Source: Macrostomum lignano (lineage: Eukaryota). Taken from it: 64,000 bases of DNA. The stretch is from positions 9,108 through 73,107 of the forward strand of contig NIVC01000485.1 in NCBI GenBank assembly GCA_002269645.1. The letters run 5' to 3'. Shown here in pieces: positions 1 to 12,869 of this stretch. Every line of letters starts with the position of its first letter. Positions within the stretch are counted from its first letter, which is position 1. The notes beneath the pieces are model-generated. The model did no database searches. It saw only the letters and a list, made by a program, of their open reading frames with translations, and was not told the DNA's origin. The translations under genes were made by a program, and so were the position numbers.

Positions 1-2272
1 TAATTTTATTTTTTTTTAGCTTAAAATAAGCAAAAAGTTTATCACTGACGATATAAATTTTCCTTTACTTTACGTAAAAACATTAATTTACATTACAATT
101 TTCATGCACGGCATGAATTGATTCACTAAAAAATTTGTACGCCAAAAAAGTATGCGTGGCTGTGTTACTTGTGTACGCCAATACGCAATAGTGTACGCCA
201 CCAAAGTGCGCCAAGGGTTGTGTATGCCGATTGTGTACGCCAAGGACTGAGGGTGGCCGTTTTGTATGCCAGAAAAGTTCTGGTGTATATGCATACCATC
301 CGCAACCTGGCCCTACGGCTACGGATACAGAGAATTGGAATAAGCCGTAGTTTTGCTTATGGCTACGGCTACGGTACATGGACCCTCTTTACAGCGGAAC
401 ACTAATAGGGTTCATAAATAAAATGTAATTTTTAAAATTTGTTTTACAATATAAACTAATTCAAAGGCTTACTAATATTATAATTTAGATAAACTAGCAT
501 AAATGTATAAAATGAGCAATTGATATAACATTTTACCACCTGAATAAAGTCTTGTTTAAAAGAAACAAGCAGAACTTCAATTCAAAAAGTTCTTTAAAAA
601 ATAGGAAAGACTTAGGAAAATGAGCCCAAACAAATTTGTTGGGGACAACACTTAACTATTACGCAAAATTTAGCTCTACCCTTTGCCTTTGCTACTAGGC
701 CTACATCACCTATGTGTATGTCAGATATTCACTTGAAACTGAAGCTGAAAACAGACACGAGACACCCCAAATCAAATGTTTGAATTAAAAGAAAATACGA
801 GCTATTAGCTTTCCAAGCTACAAAAATAGCTTTCTTAACTTAATCCTTCATGGTTGACAGCTGTATGTCTCCGGTCTATCGGCCGGCGGTCTACCTTACG
901 GTCTAAATGAAGCTAACATTTCTAATTTAAGTTTAAAGCGTAATCTTGTAGAGTTCATAGAAATAAACACATTTGAAAAAGGACTAAGAAACATGCAGTA
1001 TATAAAAATATCTACGTAAGAAATAAAATAGTTATTTATACTATCAATGAGTTTATAAAAGTTTTATAAAAATAAAAGAATCAAATTTTGATACAACTTT
1101 AACGCTAAAGCTTTAAACTATTTAAATTTTTAAAGTAGATTGCAGTGTCGGGTCGTTCTCAAAGCTAGGTCACAACTTTTTGTTATTGCAAAAAAAGTTT
1201 ATACATCGACCAATAATCGTACAAAAAAAATTATTTCGACAATTTCTGTAAGAAGCTGCTACTAAAACCACAAGAAAACTTGAAATTGAGAAGAAATCAA
1301 GGCTATTTGTTATTCTTTGTTGCGGAAAATAAACGACAAAAATATTAAAGAGAAAATAAAATTTTCTTCTATTTTTATTTTAAATATGCAGTTAAATTTC
1401 TTTTGCAAAAATAAAAGAACAAGAAATTGACAAAGGAAATGTTTTTGAGCACAGCATTTTGTTACTCTGCTCTAAATCCCAGACATTTAAAATTATCGTG
1501 TGCGAAAAAGTGCGAAATTATTATAGCATGCACTCGAAAGGACTTCGATCAGTTTAACTAATCACTGAATTAAGAAGTCTAAATAAGTCTTGAAAGGTTG
1601 AATTAAAAATCAAGTTTTCACTATGTATATTTTCAAAGTCAAGATGATTCGACAAATAAAGAATGTTCATTTTTACGGTGAATAGAATTGTTCATTTTTA
1701 CATTAAATATAATAAAATCTAACTAATAATAGAAAAAGTCAGGGAACTATCCTTGAACACCAAAAAGCACATTGTGGATTTAATATCAACTGCATGTTCC
1801 TTAATAAAGGAATTCGGATTCTAGTATATATTTGATTATTTGTAGCATAATTTCTGAAAACTATAACTTGCTTGATTTTACTTTAAGTACTTATTACATT
1901 AATACTTATACCAAAGCTACATGTACTTAAAATAAAAAATTATAGTTACTTATTAGACATTTTACTCCAATTAACTTGAAATAATTCAAATTTATTTTAA
2001 TTAATTCATTTTTTGAAACTTTTTGGAAAATAGACAAAATTGAATTATTTAATTACCAAAAACCTACTAGCTTAACTAAAATAGCAATTAGTCTTTAAGA
2101 AAAGAATTCACTTGTTAATTGAGAAAAATGAGGATGTGCGAGGTGTAAAAATGCGAAAGAGTATGCAGGAAACAGAGACAAACAAAAATGTAGGTAAAAG
2201 ACACTGCACATGCACATAATATGATAACCAGACATAATGTCACGTTATTGGCGTAGCGGCCAGCTATGCGGT

Positions 2273-2288
2273 GACCCTTAAAAGGGCC
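2273..2288 (-). promoter_or_regulatory. Histone-type 3' stem-loop
   Basis: Minus strand reads AAAAC-GGCCCT-TTTA-AGGGTC-ACC, matching the metazoan 6-bp stem/4-nt loop consensus with an ACC 3' flank. Second copy at 34017-34032. Confidence 0.65.
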
Positions 2289-3009
2289 GTTTTAGTCCCA
2301 AAATAAGTTGAAGTCAATTCTTGTAAAGCGGATTTTGTAGCGGAGCACTTGGCGATAAAGGCAGGAACTGCCGTAGTTGTCTTTATTGTTAATATCAGTA
2401 TTAAGCTTGGTTGTTACTGGCAATAAACAGACTATAGCTTTCTGGGCACTGGCGGCTGCAACAATGGGTTGAATATAATTTGGATATGAAGTCAAGTGGC
2501 AGGCGAATGACACAATGGCGACGTGACGTGAGCAGTGGCTATGAGCACAGTGAAGGCAGTGAAACGTAGTGGCGAGTTGGCGTCGGTCGTGGCGTGAAAC
2601 AGTCAAGTAAGTGTGTGAGCAGGCTGGCCCAGACAGAAGGGCCGTGGTGAGAAATAAGGAGGCTCGAGGCAGCCAGACAAACAGATAAGACAGCTAAGAG
2701 GCCGCAGGGAAGGAAACAAGGAACAAGCGGGGAGTGCCGCCGCCAGGCGGGGGGGGGTTTAATAAAAGAGCGCAGAGGGGGGTAGCGCGAGCACGAGTGA
2801 TTTCATTGGCTGGCGAGAGAACTTAAAATTATCGATCGTGCCAATTTTATACGGTTGCGAGAGAGGATAGCAAAATATACAATGAATTATAAATTGCCAC
2901 AAAATCGTTGGGCACTACTACAAGTAAACGTCGCAATAAACGAATGGAAAAGTTTAGTTGAAACGGTGAAACTGAAGGGTTGAATGACTATGGAGAACAG
3001 CAGTCCAAC

Positions 3010-3025
3010 GGCCCTTTTCGGGACC
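3010..3025 (+). promoter_or_regulatory. Histone-type 3' stem-loop (one stem mismatch)
   Basis: CCAAC-GGCCCT-TTTC-GGGACC-ACC. Second copy at 34752-34767. Confidence 0.55.
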
Positions 3026-4435
3026 ACCTTAAACTGACAACGTCACAATAATGCGCACACTGAAACACCAGTAGCAATGACGCCCAAGCTTTTGATGATC
3101 ACAAGCGAAAAGGCAAAACCCAGCCATCAATCAAAGAAGTAGACTTTAGCACGCATCTTGAGTGCATCACGCATTTTTTGCAGAGAAGCTCGAAAATTAA
3201 CATTGTATTCTGTGCACAACCACCAACTGCGACAGGGTCTGCCGGGGGATTTGTGGGCACGCGGTCGCGGATACAAATCGGAGGAGTCGCTGACCATTCT
3301 GAAATTACTAGCTAGTACATGTAATTTTGTGTATTAATATATTTAGCCCGCTTTATTTCTATGCTCTCGTCCGCCTCTCCTTAATGCATCCCCAGACAGT
3401 GCTGGGCGTTAACTAGTTAATTGTTTAACTAGTTAATTAACTAGTTAAATTTTTTTTAAAAATCGTTAAATTTTCGTTAAATTTTTTATGTATTAACTAT
3501 TTAACAAAAATCGTAAATTTTTTTCTGTAAGTTAAAGTTAAATGACAAAAGTTAATAATTCCGGGAAATAGAGTTCGCCGGGTTCAAAATGCGCGGGTTT
3601 CAACAGCTTGTATGCCATTAAAAAGTAAAATTAATACATACATAAAATAACTTCGCCTTTCTAAGCATTATTTAACGCGTCACAAACTATTACATGTATA
3701 TAATTTCAGTTACAAGTTATAATGTATAGAATATTCCGGAAGATTCTGGAATCTTCAACTATTATCTATTGATATTCTACTCAAGGACTACTAGAAGTTA
3801 TCGTTGTACATAGGGATGTCGATTCCCCGGGGAATTTTCTTATCGGGGACCCGGGTAATTTACTGTCATTCCCCGGGGACCCCGGGGACTCCGGGGAAAA
3901 AATAAGTAAAAAACGGCGGATAACTTAGATCTTAAGTCACTAAGTGGCATTTCTTAAACTTTGATTAAAGCTTTGGATGGACTACATGTTCAAGGCGCAA
4001 GGGTAAAAACTTAAGGCAATGTTTGTTTAAAACTGTATTTGACAACGTGGCATCACCAAATCGTGCGCGCACCTTTATCAGAAAGGGTCCAGACTCCGGA
4101 GGCGGAAAATGCATACTCAGCAGCTGCAGTCGAGGGAGGATAATTAATGAATGAGACTGTTTTTATAATCGGAATTTTAATTTCTTGCAGATACATGTAA
4201 ATCACCATTTTGTCCTGTCTAATAGGGAGTATTTTGTTATTGTATGACACCCCCCTATGCGTCAGTGACTGACGCAGGATATAGCGCTGTGCCTGCGTCA
4301 AATGCGTCAAGCCATCAACGCAGACCAACACAATAGTCAGTAAGGCTTCTTTTTCCTGACGGGTTTCTACGCTCGTACGTTCAATTTGCTTGATTGAAAG
4401 ACTCATAGTGAAAAAAACATTCAAACGGGTCGCTT

Positions 4436-4641
4436 TCATAAGACCGAAATTTCACAACGCCGAAAAGCACTACCCTTCACAAGACCGAAACTTCAAAAGA
4501 CCGAAACTTCACAACGCCGAAAATTCTGCATGCAATACAATCCTTATTGTAAGGTTTTCTACGATGTGAAATTTCGATCTTATGAAGTTTCGGTCTTGTG
4601 AAGTATGGTGTTTCGGCGTTGTGAAATTTCGGTCTTATGAA
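4436..4641. mobile_element. Small MITE-like inverted-repeat element
   Basis: ttcataagaccgaaatttcacaacgccgaaa is mirrored by tttcggcgttgtgaaatttcggtcttatgaa, with internal degenerate copies of the same motif. Confidence 0.6.
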
Positions 4642-4770
4642 CCCCCCCCCCCATTCAAACGTGTGTTGTGTTTGAAATAATACATTGAAATAAGCAGTTT
4701 TGCGGTAAAAAAGCATAGACAGAGTTTCAATCAGCTTTCTGTGAAACTGATATGAAACTGATGTGAAACT

Positions 4771-4775
<5 letters not shown>

Positions 4776-4804
<29 letters not shown>

Positions 4805-4805
4805 G

Positions 4806-4852
<47 letters not shown>

Positions 4853-4889
4853 GACTAACTAACTAACTGACTAACTAACTAACTAACTG

Positions 4890-4946
<57 letters not shown>
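4776..4946. repeat. (TAAC)n microsatellite at the end of the left OATP duplicate
   Basis: Direct reading; the longer counterpart (TTAG)n is at ~20719-21140. Confidence 0.95.
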
Positions 4947-5103
4947 TTAACTGACGAACTGACCAATCACAGTTTTCAAGATCATCTTACACTCATAAAT
5001 TAAACCTAGTAGTGAAAAGTAAGTGGAAATGATCCACAAGAAACCAGAAGCAACTGAAGATAGCTTGTATGTCACAAAAGCAGAAGAATGAACAAAAACT
5101 CAC

Positions 5104-6141
5104 AGCATCGCAAGCCGGATCGTAGCTGAGACTGCCGCAATGGCAGGCGGCATTGCAGCTCACATTTAGCTGCAACTGAGCAGCAGCTGTTGATGATGAA
5201 GCTGCCGCACCGCTAGTAGCCGGGATGCCATACTGAGCATTCAGTCCCGCCATGCTGACATTCGGACAGGTGCAAAATGCCAGGCCAATAGTGAGCAATG
5301 TGGTAGCGGCGCACAGGCCCATCATGAGTAGGCTCACCGATTTGTTGCTAGGCCTATAGCGGCGCATTATTAAAGCCCCGGCGCCGATGCCAATCACGGC
5401 GCTAGGAATGACGAGAGCGCCTGGTAGTAGTTTTGGGGGGAGCAAGTTTGTTAAACCGAAGCTGGTGGTGTCAGAATGGGAGTTAAACCGAGGATCTGTC
5501 GGGATGGACACTGAAGGATGTGTTGAGATGGACACTGAAGGATGTGTCATGATGGGACACTGAAGGATGTGTCATGATGGGACACTGAAGGATGTGTCAT
5601 GATGGGACACTGAAGGATGTGTCATGATGGGACACTGAAGGATGTGTCATGATGAACACTGAAGGATGTGTCATGATGGGACACTGAAGGATGTGTCATG
5701 ATGGACACTGAAGGATCTGTCAAAATATACACTTAAGGACCTGCTAGTCAACGAAATATACGAAGTCACTGAATTGAATTTTAAAAATCAAGACACAAAC
5801 CTGTGATGATGCTGGATTGCGTCACTGGGATATTAAAAGACTTTTGCATGTACTTGTTGACGTAAGCAACGAAGGCTTGTACTACAGACTGCTCGGCCAC
5901 AATTAGCAGACTGATAAACAGCCATAACGCGTTTTTGAACAGCCGCTTTAAACCGGCTGGGATGTCGCGAATGTGCGGCTTCTCAGCCGGACTTAAAGAA
6001 GCTGCCGACTGATCCAGAGACGAGTTAGGCTCTTCATCGTCATCATTTGTTGAAGACACAATCGCTGCGTCGCTATTTGTTGTTGAAGAATTTCGCGTCA
6101 ACTCGTCGGCGTCTAGAGAGGACGTTGAACGTTGCGCTTTT

Positions 6142-6173
<32 letters not shown>

Positions 6174-7643
6174 TTGCTTCTGCAACCGTTTCGCTGCAGT
6201 GTGCGGCATTACAGTTGGAAATGCCAGCAGAGGAACAGCCACCAGCAGAGCGAGACCAGCGAAAATGACGAATCCTAGCCACCAGGCTCCCGTCCATAGA
6301 GGATGGCTGGTTGTTAAACCGTCGGGCGCTGAGCTTGGAAAGTTCACGTACAACGACAGGAACACAGCGCCGCCTAGGAAGCCGCAAGCCGGTCCAAGAG
6401 CGCTAGTGATGTGCAACGAAGCCGCGTACAGAGGATAGCTCTTCTGAGGTACATTGTCCCACAGGTAGGTTGGGGCGAGGATGTACACGGGGCTAGCGCC
6501 CAGGCCAATGAGACCAAAGCTCAGGCATAGGATCAGCAAGGCTGAGTCCTGCACTTGACAGTTCATATCTGAAGTGCCGCCACCGCCTCCCCCGCTGCAC
6601 AGCTTGACTCCACTGCTACTAATCGTGGAGGCAGAAGAGCCAGTCGAAGAAGAGGAAGCATTACCAGACACTGGCACCGTGTTACTAATGGCACTGCCAA
6701 GGAAGTGAGGAAAAGCAAAGAAAAAATATCCAATACCAATGATTGCGCAGCCAATGCCCAATAGACGGGATCTGTTGCCGCCGTGACCAAAATACGATAT
6801 GAAGAATGTAGCCACAATGCAGAACACTTCATACGACGCGTATATGTAGCCAATCTCTTTAGTTGTTAGTCCGTATCTCAGCTCAATAGTAGTATTGATG
6901 CTATTAATATAGCCGCTGACTATGAAGCTTTGGACAAAGTACAAGCCAATGACGGACACAAGGAATGGCAGGGGGCGGGCGAGCGGCTGCAGACAGGCAG
7001 GGTGGTAGCAGAACAGGCCGCATTGGGTGAGCTTCGGGTCCAGCTCTGGCTCCGTCGATGTCGTCGTTGTCGTAGCCTCCGAAGCATCGTTGACAATTCC
7101 GACATCGTCTCCGTCCGAAGCCGAAGTTGTTGGCGTCTCTAGCTGGGTGGCGCCGACTGCCAACTCGTAGTCTCGAGCTCGACTGTTGCCATGCTGATGC
7201 TGATCCTGTCGATTGTCAACGATTGACTCGGTGTTGAAGCCTCCAGGCAGGATGGCCAGGCCTGGAAGAAACAGCTGGTGCGGAGTCGGCGGGCAGCTGT
7301 GCATTCGTCGATGGCCCAGAGCTGCTCCGTGTTGGTTCTGCTGCTGATGGTGCTGATGATGACGAGGCACGACGCGAGGTCCAGGCGCAAACGAATGCGC
7401 TCGAGCCACCGCGGCTGACTTATCAGTAGACGATGCGTGGTTGTGATGACGATTATTGAGCGGCCCGGCGTCGCTTTTTAGTCGGCGATGACCGTTGGGG
7501 GCGGCGGTGCTGTGCTCATGGCCGCCGTTAGGGGCGGCGGTGCTGTGCTCATGGCCGCCGTTAGGGGCGGCGGTGCTGTGCTCATGGCCGCCGTTAGGGG
7601 CGGCGGTGCTGTGCTCATGGCCGCCGTTTTGACCCGGCGGCAT
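5104..7643 (-). pseudogene. Organic anion transporting polypeptide (OATP/SLCO), 3'-truncated copy; exons 7643-5801 and 5420-5104
   Basis: Uninterrupted exon-1 ORF with OATP motifs (SGYINSINTTIELRYGL, GYIYASYEV, ISYFG, LWTGAWWLGF). GT/AG sites are in phase. The last exon is absent beyond the TAAC tract. Confidence 0.8.
5490..5715. repeat. ~25-bp minisatellite in OATP intron 1 (mirror at ~19950-20180)
   Basis: Unit gacactgaaggatgtgtcatgatgg. Confidence 0.9.
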
Positions 7644-7799
7644 GTTGCCGCTGGGCGTCAAGGATGCTGAATTGGACGCCACAACTGCTAATATTGCGCA
7701 TGAAAATTAGTTTTTTTATAGATACTTTTATTATATGATTATTAAAGATTCAGAAACACTACAGATAGAACACAAATCTGTTTGTCTGTCTCTCTTCGA

Positions 7800-8790
7800 G
7801 TCTTAGTGTTTGCTTGTCCGTCCATCTTCGTGTCTTAGTGCTTCTGTCTGTCTTCGTGTCTTAGCGCTTCTGTCTGTCTTCGTGTCTTAGTGCTTCTGTC
7901 TGTCTTCGTGGTTTAGTGCTTCTGTCTGTCTTCGTGTCTTAGCGCTTCTGTCTGTCTTCGTGTCTTAGCGCTTCTGTCTGTCTTCGTGTCTTAGCGCTTC
8001 TGTCTGTCTTCGTGTCTTAGTGCTTCTGTCTGTCTTCGTGGTTTAGTGCTTCTGTCTGTCTTCGTGTCTTAGCGCTTCTGTCTGTCTTCGTGGTTTAGTG
8101 CTTCTGTCTGGCTTCGTGTCTTAGTGCTTCTGTCTGTCTTCGTGGTTTAGTGCTTCTGTCTGTCTTCGTGGTTTAGTGCTTCTGTCTGTCTTCGTGGTTT
8201 AGTGCTTCTGTCTGTCTTCGTGTCTTAGCGCTTCTGTCTGTCTTCGTGTCTTAGTGCTTCTGTCTGTCTTCGTGTCTTAGCGCTTCTGTCTGTCTTCGTG
8301 GTTTAGTGCTTCTGTCTGTCTTCGTGGTTTAGTGCTTCTGTCTGTCTTCGTGTCTTAGTGCTTCTGTCTGTCTTCGTGGTTTAGTGCTTCTGTCTGTCTT
8401 CGTGGTTTAGTGCTTCTGTCTGTCTTCGTGGTTTAGTGCTTCTGTCTGTCTTCGTGTCTTAGCGCTTCTGTCTGTCTTCGTGGTTTAGTGCTTCTGTCTG
8501 TCTTAGTGTCTTAGCGCTTCTGTCTGTCTTCGTGTCTTAGCGCTTCTGTCTGTCTTCGTGGTTTAGTGCTTCTGTCTGTCTTCGTGTCTTAGCGCTTCTG
8601 TCTGTCTTCGTGGTTTAGTGCTTCTGTCTGTCTTCGTGGTTTAGTGCTTCTGTCTGTCTTCGTGTCTTAGCGCTTCTGTCTGTCTTCGTGTTTTAGTGCT
8701 TCTGTCTGTCTTCGTGCTTCTGTCTGTCTTCGTGTCTTAGCGCTTCTGTGCGTATTCGTGTCTAGCGCTTCTGTCTGTCTTAGTGTCCTG
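7800..8790. repeat. 26-bp minisatellite upstream of OATP (shorter mirror at ~17090-17860)
   Basis: Unit ttagcgcttctgtctgtcttcgtgtc. Confidence 0.95.
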
Positions 8791-10541
8791 GTGGTCTGTC
8801 TGTCTGTTTTAGTTTCGTGGTGTTTCTGTCTATCTGTCTTTGTGTCCGTTTGTCTGCTTTTCAATCGGCCTTTTAGAACTTTACATGACAGTAACATGCT
8901 ACATACTCGTACATATCATATCTGTCTACGATACATCTGAGAAGTGTTTTCAAAATATTTCAAGATACGAGAGCACATACTTTTCTTATGTTTTAGCGAT
9001 AAATATAACTATTATGTTTTGAAGCGCAAAACGATTAGGTAACCTCAGACTGTCACTATCTATTGCGTATGGTGAGTGTATAATATAATATTTTATATAT
9101 AATATAATTAGACCAAGAAAACAGGCTTATAAAGATAAATAAGGCAACCTTATTTATGAGTATTGGTAAAAGTCTTGAGAAAAATTAAAATTGCGAGCAT
9201 AATCGAAGATAAACTAAATAAAACTGCATATTTAATTGTATGGAATATACAGACTGCAGTAAAAGCTCTAGTGCAGTGCTTCCACAGCCGGAACTAAGCC
9301 TATCAAAAAAGCCCTCTCCCCCCCCCCCCACCTGACAACGCCCTAGCAACGGCATGAATAAAGTCTAACAGGCAGACAATGTTAGCTCAGTGCTAGCAGA
9401 ACATGAGTATAGGAGAGATATAAGGGGGTAAGAGAGAAAATAAGAGTAAACAGTGTGCTGGACTCGCACGGATTTACTGTGGGCACACCACACACACAAT
9501 GAGCTTGAGCACAGGATTTTAGCAAAATGTGTAATGCGTAAAGCTAGGTTTTAGTGAAACACTAAAAGTACACAGAGTGTTTTCCTCCCTTCTCTCACTC
9601 TGCCTGATTAGGTAAGCAGTTCAAATTTAAGGGCGGAAAATCACGTGAATCGGTCTAGGGATTCAGGTATATATTAAAACAAAAACAACTAGCTACCGGG
9701 CTACGGGCAATAAAAAAACAAAAAAAGTACTGAGAAGTGAGAAAGCAGTAACAGGTGCTTGGCTAGCAGTATATAGCAGTGATTTCTAAGCCAAAGATTG
9801 GGCCTACAAAAATTCACCCAGTCTTTGTGATAAGTCTCCCTTGAGGGTTCTCTCTTTCACAAAAACTCGCAAATTACTTTCTGCCAGCTTTACGCGCTCT
9901 GAAAAAAGTTTTGCACGTCCTTTCGTTTGGACTTTGGATTGACGCGTCGCTTTTTATGAGTATATGGTCGCGAAAATCGTGCCTGCACCCTTTCCCTCTC
10001 GTTCTGTCCCTTCGTCCTACATAATCAGTGAACAACTGATGTTCTTGTAGGCCTAGGGGGTATTGAAATTATCGATCCGTTTTCAACCCCCTTATCTTTC
10101 TTTTCTTGCCTCCCCCTCCCTCTGTGTTGGCCTCTTGTCACTTTAATTATTTTATTGCCCTTGTATTGATCAACCACCCCTTCCTTTAAAAAACTAAATT
10201 AACTATCTAGGTCTTGCACTTCGCTTGGGTTCTCATTTGGGTTGGTGGGTCCATGAGAATTGCCCGCTGACGAATTGCAATTCACTCGCGAGCAAATCTC
10301 GGCGGGCAATTCTCATGCTCCCCGTTGGGGTCTTGTCGTGACTCGTGATGCTTTTCTATCTAACTGTACTTTCTTACTTCCAATCATAACAAAAACTTTA
10401 AAGCGATCAAGCTCCGAAAATGCTGGCAACGCCTATCATGAAATCGAAATAATCACAAACCTGAAATATCATAACACTGAACTGCTAACAACGCTAAACG
10501 CTGTATTGTTTTTGGAATTACGAGTTTCAGTTTTAAGATAA

Positions 10542-12869
10542 TGTAGTGTACGCCCACTCTATGCCTTTACTCTTCTGTGATGACTAACCATAGCCCTCTC
10601 GACCAACGTGCACTGCCACTTGTCCCTCAACTATTGCGTAACATTGTAGCCGCACGTCGGCGGTGATACTATATAGTAGCTCAAATATACGGTCCAAGAG
10701 ACCATGATTTTCTCAGCACACAAGCGCACTACAATGGCGTCGCGAGCAAGCCTACCCACACCGCCCACATTGAACTTGCGCGAAGAGCCCCATGCGGCAC
10801 ATACGAAGTGGAGCAAGTGGCTGGCTCATTTCCAGCTGTTCGCCGCGGCTGCTGACATCTCTGACAAGAAGCGACTTCGCCAACTCCTATACACAGCGGG
10901 CGAGGACCTGCAGGCCATTGCAGCCGGACTCGCCGACACCGGTGATGACGTCGACAAGCTCATCAAGGCTCTCAATGAGCACTTCACCAGCCAGCTCAAC
11001 CTGCCCTTCACCCGCTACCAGTTCCGGCTGTGCACCCAGCAGACCGGAGAGTCCCTGGACGACTGGCTGCGGCGGCTCAACAACACCGCGGACTGCTGCA
11101 AATTCGAAGGCCTCCGGGACTCGCTGATCCGCAACCAGCTGATCGCCGGCTGTAGCTCCGAGCAGCTCCGCAGGAAGCTGCTGGCCATGGACAACGTGGA
11201 CCTGGGCAGGCGGTCCGGGTGGCCAGAGCCATGGAGGCAGCGGAGTCGCAGGCCAGCCTCATGGAGACCAGCGCAGCGACCGTGCATCGGTTGCGGAAGC
11301 TCGAGTTCAGCCCGCCAGGGCAGCCGCAGAGATCAGCCACGCAGACAGCCGATCGCACGCAGCCAAAGTGCATCCGCTGCGGCAACTTCGGCCACCGCAG
11401 CTGCAGCGCAGCGGTAGGCAAGACCTGCAACCGATGCGGCAAGCCAAATCACCTCGCCAAGGCCTGCCTGTCCCGGCCGGAGGACGTGCGAGCTCTGCGG
11501 CTCGGCAGCGACAGTTCAGGCGAAGAGGACGACGTATTCTGCCTGACCGTGATGGCCTCAGACACGAACGCAACAGCGGCTCTTGCCACGGTGCTGGTAG
11601 AAGCGACTCCAGTGCAGGTGCTGGTGGACAGCGGAGCCGACTGTAACATTCTCACTGAGGCAGCCTGGCGAGAGCTCCCGGGACCCCCAGGCCTTCAGCC
11701 GACGACAAAGAAGATTTTATCATTTCGATCAGCTAAACCTCTGCGCACTGTGGGAGCCTGCAGCCTGCAGGTTTCGGTTGGCTCAATGGTCCGACTTCAT
11801 CATCGTCCCAGGGACCGGCACCAGCGTGCTCGGCCGTGCAACCTCGACATCCCTGCAGCTGCTGAGTCTGGGGACGCAGGCCCGGGCACCGGCCAGAGAG
11901 GCAACAAGTCTGAGCGATTCTCCAAACGCGCAACCAGTCCAGGACAACGTACCGCTGCAGCAGCTCAACTCCGTCAAGTCCGCACCGGAAGGCCCGAACA
12001 TCAAGAGCGTCCGCGATGCCACAGCTGGGGACCTGGCTCTGACCTTCGTCATGCAGGCGTTGGCAACTGGCAACTGGCGCTCCGGCGCTACAGCCCAGGA
12101 CGGCAGCTTCCACTCGCTCAAGGATGAGCTCCAGGTGCGTGATGGCGTGCTGCTCAGGGGCAACAGAATCGTTGTACCCGCAGCGCTTCAGCAGCAGACC
12201 ATCAGTTGGGCCCACCAGGGTCAATTCGGCAGGAGGAAGGCCATCGACCAGCTGCGGGGGAGTCAAGGAGACGCCAGCGCCAGGACATCGGAGGCGTTGG
12301 CGCGAGCGAGACGCTCTCAGCCGGCCAACAGCGGCCGGCAGACACAGCAGACGTTCAGCAGCCGTCCGAGCCCGGCTGGAAGCTGGTGACCAGACGGCGC
12401 ACGCCGCTAATTTCGATCGGCGCTCCGCCAGGTGACCGAAGGGTGCGACGGCATTTGGGAGGTCCACTGGCCGCACGACAGCACGTCAGCAAACCACAAG
12501 GCCAGCAAAACAGAGCCTCATCCTACTAACTGCAGACTGCAGACTACTAATTATCACATGTACATGCAAACGTAAATTTCACTCAACGGCTGACTAACAC
12601 AACTGTTCCGAAATCTCGTTTCGTTAATCTCCGTTAATCGAATTACAGACTTTGTACTTTTTTGGTTAGGGGAGAGATGTAGTGTACGCCCACTCTATGC
12701 CTTTACTCTTCTGTGATGACTAACCATAGCCCTCTCGACCAACGTGCACTGCCACTTGACCCTCAACTATTGCGTAACATTGTAGTCGCACGTCGGCAGT
12801 GATACTATATAGTAGCTCAAATATACGGTCCAAGAGATCATGATTTTCTCAGCACACAAGCGCACTACA
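10542..12869 (+). mobile_element. Internally deleted Ty3/gypsy LTR retrotransposon (Mag-like)
   Basis: 192-bp TG...CA LTRs at 10542-10733 and 12678-12869 with ~4 differences. 5-bp TSD GATAA (10537-10541, 12870-12874), PBS TGGCGTCGCG at 10735, and PPT ttaggggagaga before the 3' LTR. Gag has two zinc knuckles, protease has LVDSGAD, and an integrase N-terminal remnant remains (LLRGNRIVVP...WAHQG). No RT, RNase H or integrase core. Confidence 0.93.
10734..11790 (+). pseudogene. gag: gag-protease of the gypsy element (frameshift near 11205)
   Basis: ORFs 10704-11417 and 11219-12127 join as ...DLG(Q)AVRVARAMEAAE if one base is restored; contains CxxCGxxxH knuckles and an aspartic protease DSG motif. 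Confidence 0.85.

Larger units (their letters stand above)
1150..3395. mobile_element. 2.24-kb dispersed repeat, copy 1 (unclassified; carries two histone-type stem-loops)
   Basis: Near-identical direct copy at 32894-35136, from gggtcgttctcaaagc to atgcatccccag, with unrelated flanks. No TIR, TSD or transposase seen. Confidence 0.8.
4776..10210. repeat. Left arm of a ~5.4-kb inverted segmental duplication (right arm 15680-~20880)
   Basis: 10141-10210 is the reverse complement of 15680-15750, and identity continues through the OATP exons to the TAAC/TTAG tract. The two arms differ only by scattered SNPs/indels and in satellite copy number. Confidence 0.95.

Noticed and set aside
2292-2606. 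104-aa ORF ending next to a histone stem-loop, considered as a histone gene
   Set aside because: No histone-fold sequence, only a 9-codon H4-like patch and an RRQLATT resemblance to H3; the ORF has no ATG start.
4776-4946. (TAAC)n/(TTAG)n tracts as interstitial telomere
   Set aside because: The unit is 4 bp, not TTAGGG or TTAGG; treated as ordinary microsatellite.
11190-11225. Programmed ribosomal frameshift in gypsy gag
   Set aside because: It falls mid-gag, before the zinc knuckles, with no slippery heptamer; better explained as a 1-nt loss.
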